From the sequence record NC_061418.1: 64,000 nt of DNA; one strand, 5' to 3'. This document shows, piece after piece, positions 18,475-26,777 of this stretch. The first letter of the stretch is position 1. Every line of letters begins with the position of its first letter. A program made the position numbers and the translations under genes. The notes beneath the pieces were generated by a model, which saw only the letters and a list, made by a program, of their open reading frames with translations, had not been told where the DNA came from and did no database searches.

Positions 18475-19342
18475 GAAAGATCCGAACACAGTCATGAGTG
18501 CTAATAGTTCGTACGCTAACGGGGCCAATGGCCCCGTGACGAACTTGGAAATCCCAGCACCCTATGGCTATACCCCTGACTTCCGTTATTACCACGCTGC
18601 GGCCGATTATACTCGTCGCCCGACCATCGCGTTTCTGATGGAGTTGCCTAACTGCTTCAAAGACACCGATGATCCGGAAAAATGGGGCGGTTCACTGAAA
18701 GCGCTAATCGAGATGCACGCTCGTACGATCGACGGTATCGATTACACGCTGGAAGTAGAACACGTTGAAACCCCGTTCGGTGGCGGCGGCGAAATGATGC
18801 AAACGCTGTCCAAGGTTCGTCGCGCTCGTTCTGTCCCGGTCTTTACCTGGGTAGAAAAAGTAGGGATGCCGGTTTCCCGTTACTGGAACAACTACATCCT
18901 GTACTTCATGGGCGAACCGAACTCCAACGTCGCAGGGATTATTGGTAAAGGTGGTATTACCCCGGCTGCAACTTACCCGGATTACAACACCTTCTCCATC
19001 CTGTTTGTGGAACCGGATCCGACCGAACGTTACGCGTTGCGTTCTACGCTGATCACTAACATGCAACCGACCGGCCAAGGTCCAGAAATGCGCATGTCAA
19101 AAGATCAGACCTCTTCACCGGAACAGCTCCAGGTATCCTTGACGATGACCGGTCTGCAGATGGTAGGTCGCGGCGTTGATAAACTCGGTCAGATGATGCT
19201 GGACCGCGCGTCCCAGACGGGTATCGATCTTAACGCCCAACCTGCCTTCCTGAGCGATCGTGAAGCAGACGTGGCGGCAAGAGACGACGGGTATATCGAA
19301 CAATTAGTTTCGAGCCTGTCTAAACCTGGTGTGGCGATCTAA
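18467..19342 (+). CDS. tail tube protein (phiKZ gp30-like)
   Basis: 291 aa overlapping the sheath stop; YTFSILFVEPDPT-like motif; synteny. Confidence 0.85.
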   Translation: MAKKDPNTVMSANSSYANGANGPVTNLEIPAPYGYTPDFRYYHAAADYTRRPTIAFLMELPNCFKDTDDPEKWGGSLKALIEMHARTIDGIDYTLEVEHVETPFGGGGEMMQTLSKVRRARSVPVFTWVEKVGMPVSRYWNNYILYFMGEPNSNVAGIIGKGGITPAATYPDYNTFSILFVEPDPTERYALRSTLITNMQPTGQGPEMRMSKDQTSSPEQLQVSLTMTGLQMVGRGVDKLGQMMLDRASQTGIDLNAQPAFLSDREADVAARDDGYIEQLVSSLSKPGVAI

Positions 19343-19368
19343 GTTATCAACACCTTAGTAAATAGATT

Positions 19369-19396
19369 CCTCAAGGAACCTTCGGGTTCCTTGAGG
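19369..19396 (+). terminator. intrinsic terminator of the sheath-tube operon
   Basis: CCTCAAGGAACC-TTCG-GGTTCCTTGAGG followed by TTTATT. Confidence 0.85.
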
Positions 19397-19469
19397 TTTA
19401 TTCTCTTAAGTTTTTTATTTTACCGACCTGCAATAATCATCCTATGAAAGAATAGTTGAGAGGTGAATT

Positions 19470-20114
19470 ATGTTTGATAAAAACGCAGCATTAAAATTAC
19501 AGCAGTCGTTAAAGAACGCAGGTTTCGATCCGAAAGGCGTTGATGGTTTATGGGGTAAGAACTCGCAAGCGGCACTTGATGCTTCTTTCGAGAAGTATGA
19601 CATCGCGTGGAGTGCAATCCCCTCACTGGAGTTCGTCAACAAGACGAAAGACATCGTGGCAAAATTAGGCGGTGATCCGAGTCATTTGATGTCGTGCATG
19701 GCGTTTGAAACCGGCCGTACCTTTAGCCCCACAATTAAAAACGGTGCAGGTGCGCCTTACTGGGGAATCATTCAGGGCGGTGCCGCATTCTGCAAAGACG
19801 TCGGGATCACACTTGATCAGTGGAAGTCCATGACCAACGTACAACAGCTAGACTACGTCTATAAATGGTATATCCCTTATAAAGGGAAACTGAACGATCT
19901 GCCGTCTTGGTATTTAAGAATTCTCTGGCCCGTTGCCGTGACCAAACCGGATTCTTACGTCATGTGGGACAGTAAAACGCGTCCGACGACCTATATCCAG
20001 AACAAGGGTCTCGACGTGAACAAAGATGGGTTGATTACGCGTGGGGAAGTGGCTAAAGTTATTTACAACATGTATGCGGAAGGTTGTTTAATCGAAAAAC
20101 GCCGACCGCTTTAA
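19470..20114 (+). CDS. modular endolysin: peptidoglycan-binding domain + lysozyme-like catalytic domain
   Basis: PG_binding_1 motif LQQSLKNAGFDPKGVDGLWGKNSQAA; catalytic region CMAFETGRTFSP...WGIIQ; C-terminal NKGLDVNKDGLIT. Confidence 0.85.
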   Translation: MFDKNAALKLQQSLKNAGFDPKGVDGLWGKNSQAALDASFEKYDIAWSAIPSLEFVNKTKDIVAKLGGDPSHLMSCMAFETGRTFSPTIKNGAGAPYWGIIQGGAAFCKDVGITLDQWKSMTNVQQLDYVYKWYIPYKGKLNDLPSWYLRILWPVAVTKPDSYVMWDSKTRPTTYIQNKGLDVNKDGLITRGEVAKVIYNMYAEGCLIEKRRPL

Positions 20115-20124
20115 GCGAGGCGAT

Positions 20125-20250
20125 ATGGGTGTGAGTACTCTTACCGGTGTTGACGTTATAATTATTTGCACCGGTATTCTTGTCACCATGGCTACAACAG
20201 CGTTTGTTATTTCTATCCTGTTTGATGACAAAAATAAAAAAGATGAATAA
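20125..20250 (+). CDS. 41-aa single-TM membrane protein downstream of the endolysin (holin or lysis accessory candidate)
   Basis: Hand-translated MGVSTLTGVDVIIICTGILVTMATTAFVISILFDDKNKKDE; GAGG RBS; ends just before a terminator; not in the ORF track. Confidence 0.65.
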   Translation: MGVSTLTGVDVIIICTGILVTMATTAFVISILFDDKNKKDE

Positions 20251-20253
20251 ATA

Positions 20254-20283
20254 AAAGAGAGAGTCCATTTGGACTCTCTCTTT
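20254..20283. terminator. bidirectional intrinsic terminator
   Basis: AAAGAGAGAGTCC-ATTT-GGACTCTCTCTTT between convergent genes. Confidence 0.85.
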
Positions 20284-20288
20284 GTGTT

Positions 20289-20888
20289 TTACCCTAAATG
20301 CTTCACCGCGAGATCGAAAACTTTTTGCTTCACGTCATCGAAGGTGAACAGACGTTCGTAAGCGGTTTCTTTCTGGTTCCACAACTTGTCCATCAAAAAG
20401 ACGTTACTGACTTCGTTGCGATCAGTACCATTCCAGTGCGGGTTATCGTCAAAGAGGTAATACTGATACCCCTTAAGGTTCTGGTCTAACCACGTCTTTT
20501 TACACGGCACAATGGCAGGGTCAAGGAAAACCCCTTCCATCTCAATACCCAGACGATCAAACTGTTTCTGCGTAAACTCTGCTGCGCGAGGATGATACCC
20601 GCGGTGCGTGGCGAACATCGTTTGAATGCGAGAACCAAAGACCGTTTGCATTTCTTTAATGAGCGAAGGGAGTTGCTCAAAACCCGAAACCCATTCTGCT
20701 TCTTCCATGAAATGACCGTCTTCTAAAACCGCCTTGAGGTAAGGTGCTTCAAACGGATCGGTTCTCGAGAGACGGTTCTTCCAAACCAGACCACAGTTGA
20801 AGGTCCGATTGATCCAATTAGTCATCGCCACTTCAGTTTCGAATTTAGTGTCATCTAAATCGAAAACGAACATCAACTTTTCCATCAT
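20289..20888 (-). CDS. HAD-superfamily phosphatase, 5'(3')-deoxyribonucleotidase-like
   Basis: Motif I FVFDLDDT, motif II FATHRG, motif IV LFDDNP. Confidence 0.75.
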   Translation of the reverse strand: MMEKLMFVFDLDDTKFETEVAMTNWINRTFNCGLVWKNRLSRTDPFEAPYLKAVLEDGHFMEEAEWVSGFEQLPSLIKEMQTVFGSRIQTMFATHRGYHPRAAEFTQKQFDRLGIEMEGVFLDPAIVPCKKTWLDQNLKGYQYYLFDDNPHWNGTDRNEVSNVFLMDKLWNQKETAYERLFTFDDVKQKVFDLAVKHLG

Positions 20889-21385
20889 TTACCTTTACGT
20901 TGAATGTAGAGTTCAAGCGACTCTTTGAGATTCTCAAGGAAGCTTTGGTTTTGACTGGTCAATTTCAAAGTTCCACCGCTCCCGGAAATGACCAGAGTTT
21001 GCCAGAATAAAGAAATGGCGTTAAACTTCCTCAGATCGATGTGGAGCGTATGAGGTCCCCAATAGACCATTATCTCAAGGTCTTGAATAAAACGCGTTCT
21101 AGGGTGTTCTGAGGAGTTCTCAAAGACCCCTTCGTGAAGAAGATAGTCCGACCACTGCGAGATGATATATTTAAAGACGGTTTCCGCCTCTACAAGGTCA
21201 AGCGTTTGGATGTTAGTGATGTTGTTATCCTGGTCGATAACCGAGACAAAAGTTTTCGGATAGAGCGTACCTAAACTCTGCGCTTTATCAACGTTTTTGA
21301 TTCGGTTAAGGTCAACGTAGTAAACACCCTTGGTCGTCGAGATGAACAGTTTATCCGACTGTATCCGTTGTAAAAGAGTTTCCAT
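20885..21385 (-). CDS. hypothetical protein
   Basis: 166-aa ORF with ATGA overlap to the next gene. Confidence 0.75.
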   Translation of the reverse strand: METLLQRIQSDKLFISTTKGVYYVDLNRIKNVDKAQSLGTLYPKTFVSVIDQDNNITNIQTLDLVEAETVFKYIISQWSDYLLHEGVFENSSEHPRTRFIQDLEIMVYWGPHTLHIDLRKFNAISLFWQTLVISGSGGTLKLTSQNQSFLENLKESLELYIQRKGK

Positions 21386-21390
21386 CGATA

Positions 21391-22353
21391 TTACCCTTTG
21401 TTATTTGTACCCAGTTCACTGTATTGATCGAGTAAAAAGTTAAGATACGCCTCATGGGGATCAGTGCGGAAAATCATCTCATGAAGCACGGTAAAAGGCA
21501 CAGGATGGTCAAAGACCCCGCCAGCAGCCTCAGCGTGCCCACCACCGTTAAATCGCACCGCGGCTTGTTGTGCCAAACCTGTCCCTTTGCGTGATCGGAA
21601 CGACAAACCGAGACCGTTCCGGTTTAACGTTACGTTCACGACCAGATTAACTTTGTCGTCTTGGGCCATGATTGTACTGGCCGCTTCAGAAGCGTAATAA
21701 TACGGAGCAGAAATATACGCCACTGAGAAAGGACTTTCTGCCGCCTCTTCAATAATGACTGCTTTATTCAGGTGAAACGCAATATTTTTATCCCGACCTT
21801 TTACTAACAGTTCGGCCTGCGGGCGGAGAATTTCTTCAACTTGTTCTTTGCTGTATTTAAACAACCCAATGAAAGGTGGGAAAATTTCATCCTTATCCCC
21901 CTTCCTCAAATACTGAACAAAGAGCTCGTGGTAATTCCGTTCGCTCTCTTCTGCAATCCAGAGGTCGCGGTTATTGATTAAACGAATCACTTCTGGCATA
22001 GGGGTAGAATTAACATATTTCCATGCTAAACCCGCCCCTGAAAGTTCTGTGTCGAAATAAACAACCGTCGCCCCGAAGAATTTTTGGATCTTATCACATT
22101 CTTCTTTTTTGTCTGCATGATGATCGAGGATCACAATAGACCGTATACGTGCCGCGTTCTTCTCAACCCATTCAAACGGCGGAGTGAAATCGACAAAAAC
22201 AATATGCACCGGCTCCTCATTTTCTAAGTCCGGCATAGCACGGTAGTTTACCGGGATGAAAGTCTGCAGCCTTGTATATTGATACATGATTGCCGCCGCC
22301 GCAAAACCGTCCATGCAAAGGTCGTGGTAATAAACGATTATTTCATTATTCAT
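21391..22353 (-). CDS. DHH/DHHA1 family phosphoesterase
   Basis: YYHDLCMDG, FVDF, ILDHH and C-terminal GGGHAEAAG motifs. Confidence 0.88.
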   Translation of the reverse strand: MNNEIIVYYHDLCMDGFAAAAIMYQYTRLQTFIPVNYRAMPDLENEEPVHIVFVDFTPPFEWVEKNAARIRSIVILDHHADKKEECDKIQKFFGATVVYFDTELSGAGLAWKYVNSTPMPEVIRLINNRDLWIAEESERNYHELFVQYLRKGDKDEIFPPFIGLFKYSKEQVEEILRPQAELLVKGRDKNIAFHLNKAVIIEEAAESPFSVAYISAPYYYASEAASTIMAQDDKVNLVVNVTLNRNGLGLSFRSRKGTGLAQQAAVRFNGGGHAEAAGGVFDHPVPFTVLHEMIFRTDPHEAYLNFLLDQYSELGTNNKG

Positions 22354-22373
22354 AAATTCTCCAAAAAAATAAA

Positions 22374-22393
22374 AGAGGGGAAAATTCCCCTCT
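22374..22393 (-). terminator. intrinsic terminator
   Basis: AGAGGGGAA/TTCCCCTCT stem with a minus-strand T tract. Confidence 0.65.
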
Positions 22394-22400
22394 GTGATAG

Positions 22401-22652
22401 TTAGGCCAGGATTTTTAAAATCTGACGACCGTAGAACGTTTGGGTTAAGACGTTCAATTTAAACTCGGCCTTTTCAGGATAAACAATGAATTGTTCGCAG
22501 ATATTTTTCGTCTCGTCAAAACGAAGACGTTTAAAAATCCGTTCCGCGACCCGTTTCATGATTTTTGCTTTTCCGTTGTGTTCGCGAAAGGCTATGGCTA
22601 ATGTAACGAGAAGATCGATCATCTCGTGATCAATTAAACGTCTATCACTCAT
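22401..22652 (-). CDS. hypothetical protein
   Basis: 83-aa ORF with ATGA overlap. Confidence 0.7.
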   Translation of the reverse strand: MSDRRLIDHEMIDLLVTLAIAFREHNGKAKIMKRVAERIFKRLRFDETKNICEQFIVYPEKAEFKLNVLTQTFYGRQILKILA

Positions 22653-22996
22653 CCCGCGACATCCAGATTAGTGTAAAGTACAGAACAAGTGTCATCTCCG
22701 TCAAAAACAACACCGCTTTCATTCAACCAACGAACGGTTTCTTTTTTCTGCGTGAAAGAGACCGTACTGTAAACTTTATACCCTGGCGTCTGCGCCTCAC
22801 CTTCCATGGCAGAAAGCGAAGAAGGCTTAGCACGCATAAAGGTGACATGAACGGTTTTAGGGTTAACGCCAGGGAACAACGTCACCGCGTTTTTAACCTC
22901 AGTGTTGACGCGATCGATACAAGCGCTATTCGGCGCAGCTTGGGCGGTCGTAGCAGTGAACAGTAGAGCGATGGCCATCAAAGTAATCTTTTTCAT
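22649..22996 (-). CDS. exported protein with Sec signal peptide
   Basis: MKKITLMAIALLFTATTAQA signal peptide; two Cys; GGAG RBS. Confidence 0.75.
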   Translation of the reverse strand: MKKITLMAIALLFTATTAQAAPNSACIDRVNTEVKNAVTLFPGVNPKTVHVTFMRAKPSSLSAMEGEAQTPGYKVYSTVSFTQKKETVRWLNESGVVFDGDDTCSVLYTNLDVAG

Positions 22997-23096
22997 TTTC
23001 TTCTCCTTCTAAAACGCGGTTCTTTTGTTCGTTGTCTAAGTGAATCCCGATTTCGCTCATAGCGGCAAAGAAATCGTCGTCGGTGAAATTTTTCAT
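22926..23096 (-). CDS. small hypothetical protein (MKNFTDDDFF...)
   Basis: ATGA overlap with the upstream stop at 23093, but a long overlap with the downstream gene. Confidence 0.4.
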   Translation of the reverse strand: MKNFTDDDFFAAMSEIGIHLDNEQKNRVLEGEENEKDYFDGHRSTVHCYDRPSCAE

Positions 23097-23518
23097 TCTG
23101 TTACGATAAAACCAAAATTGTTTAACGGTCGGAAAGACCCGTGATCGATAAAACGAGAATAGTCGGAAAGCGTTTCGTACCATCTCAAAATTGAGGGCGT
23201 GAGATTGTAGTACTCAATTCCCTCAATGATAGTTAACCAACTGGTCTCAGTTTGAATATCCAGTAAATATCCTTCATAATCGCAATTTAAAATATCGTAG
23301 AGCGTTTCTACGAACAATTCGGTATCTACATCAGAAAGGTGAAGATCACTTCTGGAGAGCGTTTGTAGCGCCTTAAAAATAGGACCTAGCGTTTCAAAAA
23401 CTTCCATCCCGTGATAACTCGCGAGTATCCGGATGAATGGCGGATACTCAACGAAAAATCGGCTACGCGACCCCCGGGTAATATCGTAAGTCATCAGGGC
23501 GACGCTCCTTGAGTTCAC
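23093..23518 (-). CDS. hypothetical protein
   Basis: ORF in the operon; exact start uncertain. Confidence 0.65.
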   Translation of the reverse strand: MNSRSVALMTYDITRGSRSRFFVEYPPFIRILASYHGMEVFETLGPIFKALQTLSRSDLHLSDVDTELFVETLYDILNCDYEGYLLDIQTETSWLTIIEGIEYYNLTPSILRWYETLSDYSRFIDHGSFRPLNNFGFIVTE

Positions 23519-23696
23519 GGACTAAAACTTTCAATGGCGACGGCGAGAGTGTCACTTTCATCAGCCAGTTATAACAGTCAATTTCTTTGACTTTAGTCGC
23601 CATTAACCGGGCGGCTGTTTTGATAGCCGTTTGAGTTTTGTGCTCGCTGTACGCCAGTTGTAACGTGAGAAGAATGTGGTCCCATTCAGTTTCCAT
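23463..23696 (-). CDS. hypothetical protein
   Basis: 77-aa ORF with GGAG RBS. Confidence 0.6.
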   Translation of the reverse strand: METEWDHILLTLQLAYSEHKTQTAIKTAARLMATKVKEIDCYNWLMKVTLSPSPLKVLVRELKERRPDDLRYYPGVA

Positions 23697-23698
23697 GA

Positions 23699-24121
23699 TT
23701 AGCTCCGTGTGAAAATGTCTACCCCAAAGAATCCTGGGGCGTCTTTGTAACTGTCACCCAACTTCCAATAGTCATTGAAGGTGCGGCGTTTAAGGGTTAT
23801 CACTCCTTCGTATTCGATCAAAGTTTTATCCGTAATGGCGATATCGGCTTTGATCCCTTTGTCGGTCAGTCTGAAATTACCGATGAAGTGAGAAGGCGTC
23901 ACGATCTTTCTAAAACGTGCGAAGAATTCGTTAGTATTTTCCCAAGCGAGTTTAGTTAATTGAGGATTAAGTTCACCCTCAAGAACTTGTCTGGTTTTAA
24001 ACGCCCTTGATAACCGTTCGATATCGGCAGCGCGCAGGTAGTTCGGTAAGGGGAGATAAATATTAACTAGTTTACTAACATTAGCCGGTTTAAACACGTT
24101 GAATACCCTTTCATGAAACAA
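23699..24121 (-). CDS. hypothetical protein, possible degenerate prohead-protease-fold paralog
   Basis: VLEGELNP...EFFARFRKI..PSHFI pattern recalls the GEL(N/G)HP motif of T4 gp21-like proteases. Confidence 0.45.
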   Translation of the reverse strand: MFHERVFNVFKPANVSKLVNIYLPLPNYLRAADIERLSRAFKTRQVLEGELNPQLTKLAWENTNEFFARFRKIVTPSHFIGNFRLTDKGIKADIAITDKTLIEYEGVITLKRRTFNDYWKLGDSYKDAPGFFGVDIFTRS

Positions 24122-24128
24122 AACAAAT

Positions 24129-24146
24129 AAGGGCGAAAACGCCCTT
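24129..24146 (-). terminator. intrinsic terminator-like hairpin
   Basis: AAGGGCG-AAAA-CGCCCTT directly after the 24151 stop. Confidence 0.6.
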
Positions 24147-24150
24147 AGAA

Positions 24151-24318
24151 TTAAATTTTACATGCCCCGCCTTCGCAGTCATCGCTGGCTTCGATTTCGG
24201 GTTGTTCTTCGATAAACGCTTCGGCTTTCGCTAACGCCGATTCCGCTTCTTCTTCGCTCAGAGTGAATGAATCAAAATCCAGACTTTCGTCTTTCTTTTC
24301 AGGGGTGGTTTGTGACAT
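24151..24318 (-). CDS. 55-aa acidic mini-protein ending in an NrdA-like redox tail (DDCEGGACKI)
   Basis: Hand-translated MSQTTPEKKDESLDFDSFTLSEEEAESALAKAEAFIEEQPEIEASDDCEGGACKI; AAGGA RBS; own terminator; not in the ORF track. Confidence 0.8.
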   Translation of the reverse strand: MSQTTPEKKDESLDFDSFTLSEEEAESALAKAEAFIEEQPEIEASDDCEGGACKI

Positions 24319-24431
24319 GGTAACGCTATCCTTTCTTTATTCTAGGCGGCTTGCCTCAAAGAAAGACAGAATAAACTTAAAAAAGAAAAAGATCTAGGAG
24401 CGGAGAGGGTTTACCCTCTCCACCCACTTGT

Positions 24432-24902
24432 TTAGCCGAGATAGAAGCAGTTACCGCCTTTATTTTCGGCGACGATTTTCTTGAGCCCGTTGGTTGAGAA
24501 AACAACGAAGGTCTCCGGATGATCTTGTACGTAAACCTTAACGGTTTTTGCTTTGGTTTTCTTAACGCCTTCGAAGAACAAGCGCCAGTTACTTGCCCCA
24601 ACTGTAGAAGCAGGAGAGATCATCTGGTACTTCTGACCGGCCATTTCGATAACCAGCGCGTAGCGATCATCATCGCTGGAAAGCGAGTTGCCATTAGTAC
24701 CGTTCAGAAACAGCGCTTGAACCGGCCATTGGTCGCCAGTATCGCGGCAAGAGAATGCGAGCGAGAAACCGTCGCTATTTTCGGTGTAGAACTCCAGAGT
24801 ACCCTGCTGATAAGATTCGGTCCAATTATTGACGATGGCCATGGCATTGAAGGATGCGATAGAGGACAGGGCGATGAGTGAAGCAGCAATGAATTTTTTC
24901 AT
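24432..24902 (-). CDS. exported protein with Sec signal peptide
   Basis: MKKFIAASLIALSSIASFNAMA signal peptide; AAGG RBS. Confidence 0.75.
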   Translation of the reverse strand: MKKFIAASLIALSSIASFNAMAIVNNWTESYQQGTLEFYTENSDGFSLAFSCRDTGDQWPVQALFLNGTNGNSLSSDDDRYALVIEMAGQKYQMISPASTVGASNWRLFFEGVKKTKAKTVKVYVQDHPETFVVFSTNGLKKIVAENKGGNCFYLG

Positions 24903-24970
24903 GGGATAGACCTTATTAAGTTAATGTAAATAGATAGATAGTTGAACGACAAGGAAACTGCGTCAGTGGA

Positions 24971-25279
24971 CTAGTACCAGTAATTACGGGAATGAAACGA
25001 TTCCCTTGCTACCGCTTCTCTTGTTTTCTGATAAACGAGACCTTCGAAGACAGCGCGCATGATCCAGAAAGCGACATGACTGATCAGGTAGCCGATTTTA
25101 CTTAAGAAACAAGTCCAATCACGGAGTTTTCTTATCGAGCGACCTTTCCAGGAATTATCGTAAAGGACTTCTGGTGTTGCGCACTTTGCAGTTAACTTTT
25201 TGTTAGCGATGTAGGTTAAGAAAGTGATCATCGCCAGGACAGCAAAAGTAACAACAGAAATGAACAGATAGAATTCCAT
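24971..25279 (-). CDS. membrane protein
   Basis: N-terminal TM segment plus a second hydrophobic stretch; GAGGA RBS. Confidence 0.7.
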   Translation of the reverse strand: MEFYLFISVVTFAVLAMITFLTYIANKKLTAKCATPEVLYDNSWKGRSIRKLRDWTCFLSKIGYLISHVAFWIMRAVFEGLVYQKTREAVARESFHSRNYWY

Positions 25280-25299
25280 GGAGTAGTCCTCGGTTTGTC

Positions 25300-25608
25300 T
25301 TAAAGTGGTTGGTAGTCAGCATCATCAAATTTGTCGTGCCACGTGCGACGGTTCTTGCCGGACACGCGATGGCGGTTACGATGACGTTTGTGTTTTTCTT
25401 TTTGTCTTTCCGTTGGTTCACCGTAGAAAAGAACATCGTTAACAGCAGGTTCTTCGTTAACAATTTCTTCGGCGGCACAAACTACTTCGGTCGTTACCTC
25501 TTCGGTAACGACGTCGGCGTCAACCTTACCGCGGTAGAATATGGTAAAAAATGCACTACAGAGTAAACCAATGACAACAAGAATAGCAAAAATGATTAAA
25601 AAAGTCAT
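25300..25608 (-). CDS. single-TM membrane protein with acidic middle and basic tail
   Basis: FLIIFAILVVIGLLCSAFFTIF; AAGGAG RBS. Confidence 0.7.
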   Translation of the reverse strand: MTFLIIFAILVVIGLLCSAFFTIFYRGKVDADVVTEEVTTEVVCAAEEIVNEEPAVNDVLFYGEPTERQKEKHKRHRNRHRVSGKNRRTWHDKFDDADYQPL

Positions 25609-25681
25609 GGTTATATCTCCTTATTTTTAGCGAACAAAGTTTTTAAAGTTTAACTACGAACTCAACGACGACAATTTTTAC

Positions 25682-25954
25682 TTAGCACCAATAGTTATTA
25701 ATTTCCAACTCTACTTCAATTACGTATTTAAAAACCAACGCGGAAACAGGCACGAAGATAAAGAGGATTGCGTAATACGGTACAAACGCGCAGCTCAACA
25801 GAGCAGAGATACCGACCAAGCAAGAGAAGATGTAGCAACCTTTAATGATCTCATTGCGTTTTTCGATATCGAATAACTTATTACGATCAACGGCAACTGC
25901 AATGATAATCGCTATCGCTGCTAATAAGCCCATTACGATAGTAAAGATTAACAT
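25682..25954 (-). CDS. multi-TM membrane protein
   Basis: Three hydrophobic segments in 90 aa. Confidence 0.7.
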   Translation of the reverse strand: MLIFTIVMGLLAAIAIIIAVAVDRNKLFDIEKRNEIIKGCYIFSCLVGISALLSCAFVPYYAILFIFVPVSALVFKYVIEVELEINNYWC

Positions 25955-25966
25955 AATTTTTTCCTT

Positions 25967-26158
25967 TTACTTTAAGAGTAGACTTAGATGTGAGAGAGTT
26001 GTTTGCGTTATAAGAGTCGCATACGGCGATGTCCAGAACCAGACGGCGAAGCCTGTCATTTGTTCTGCAACTACCGAACCAGTAAGAGGGTTTACTGCTA
26101 TTGTCCCTGAACTCTGATCTTTCCTCGATTTCGGAAGAGTCAGTAGGTACAACGCCAC
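25967..26158 (-). CDS. small hypothetical protein
   Basis: 63 aa, GTG start after GAGG. Confidence 0.5.
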   Translation of the reverse strand: MALYLLTLPKSRKDQSSGTIAVNPLTGSVVAEQMTGFAVWFWTSPYATLITQTTLSHLSLLLK

Positions 26159-26289
26159 AGCCTCGATTACAGGTGTCGGGTGAGTAACGAGAAATATCGT
26201 CTTATAACGGTTTGAGAGTGTGAGAATTTAATTTAGCTTATCGTAAGGCGTTTCCTTCTTATCTCGTGTGCCAAGGGTGAGGTGACGAC

Positions 26290-26577
26290 TTAAGCGGTTA
26301 CCGCTGCGTCAGAGACGTCGGTCTCGCCTGCGTCAGTCGCAGTCTCGCCGTCAGTGGCAGGAGAAATGACGGTTTTGAGGTTGTTGTAGCTATCGTGAAT
26401 ATAGCTGAAGATAACCAAGACCGCAAAAGCGTAGGCCGCCACTTCCATGGCAGTAGCCATGCAGAACGCGGCGAAGATTGCCAGCGCGGCAACGATCAGG
26501 GTGTCGGTGATGAAAGCAAAGATTGCTTTGGTTTTCTCAGTGAAAGAGAAAGAGAAGAACGCTTTGATTTTTTCCAT
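26290..26577 (-). CDS. membrane protein (2 TM) with acidic tail
   Basis: AAGGT RBS; hydrophobic core; C-terminal DGETATDAGETD. Confidence 0.75.
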   Translation of the reverse strand: MEKIKAFFSFSFTEKTKAIFAFITDTLIVAALAIFAAFCMATAMEVAAYAFAVLVIFSYIHDSYNNLKTVISPATDGETATDAGETDVSDAAVTA

Positions 26578-26657
26578 GATAATTTACCTTTTGAATTGAA
26601 TATTTTAACTACGGGTGAGAGTGCACTACTCACGCTGTTGAGAGGCAGCGCTTACTA

Positions 26658-26777
26658 CTATTTGACCGCTTTTAAGTAACTCCCTACGGCGACGGCGAAA
26701 ACACAGGCCGGGAGTAAAGCCAAGTCAAGAATAAGTACCGAGGAAATAATTCCCAGTACCGCGAAAGACGTTTTCAT
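26658..26777 (-). CDS. 39-aa membrane micro-protein
   Basis: Hand-translated MKTSFAVLGIISSVLILDLALLPACVFAVAVGSYLKAVK; GGAGG RBS; TAATG coupling; not in the track. Confidence 0.65.
   Translation of the reverse strand: MKTSFAVLGIISSVLILDLALLPACVFAVAVGSYLKAVK

Noticed and set aside
20006-20045. EF-hand-like DVNKDGLITRGE in the endolysin as a novel Ca-regulated lysin
   Set aside because: This motif is a common feature of this lysozyme-like family, so it is not distinctive here
20059-20268. 69-aa minus-strand ORF
   Set aside because: Crosses a bidirectional terminator and lies antisense to the better-supported 20125-20250 ORF and the endolysin end
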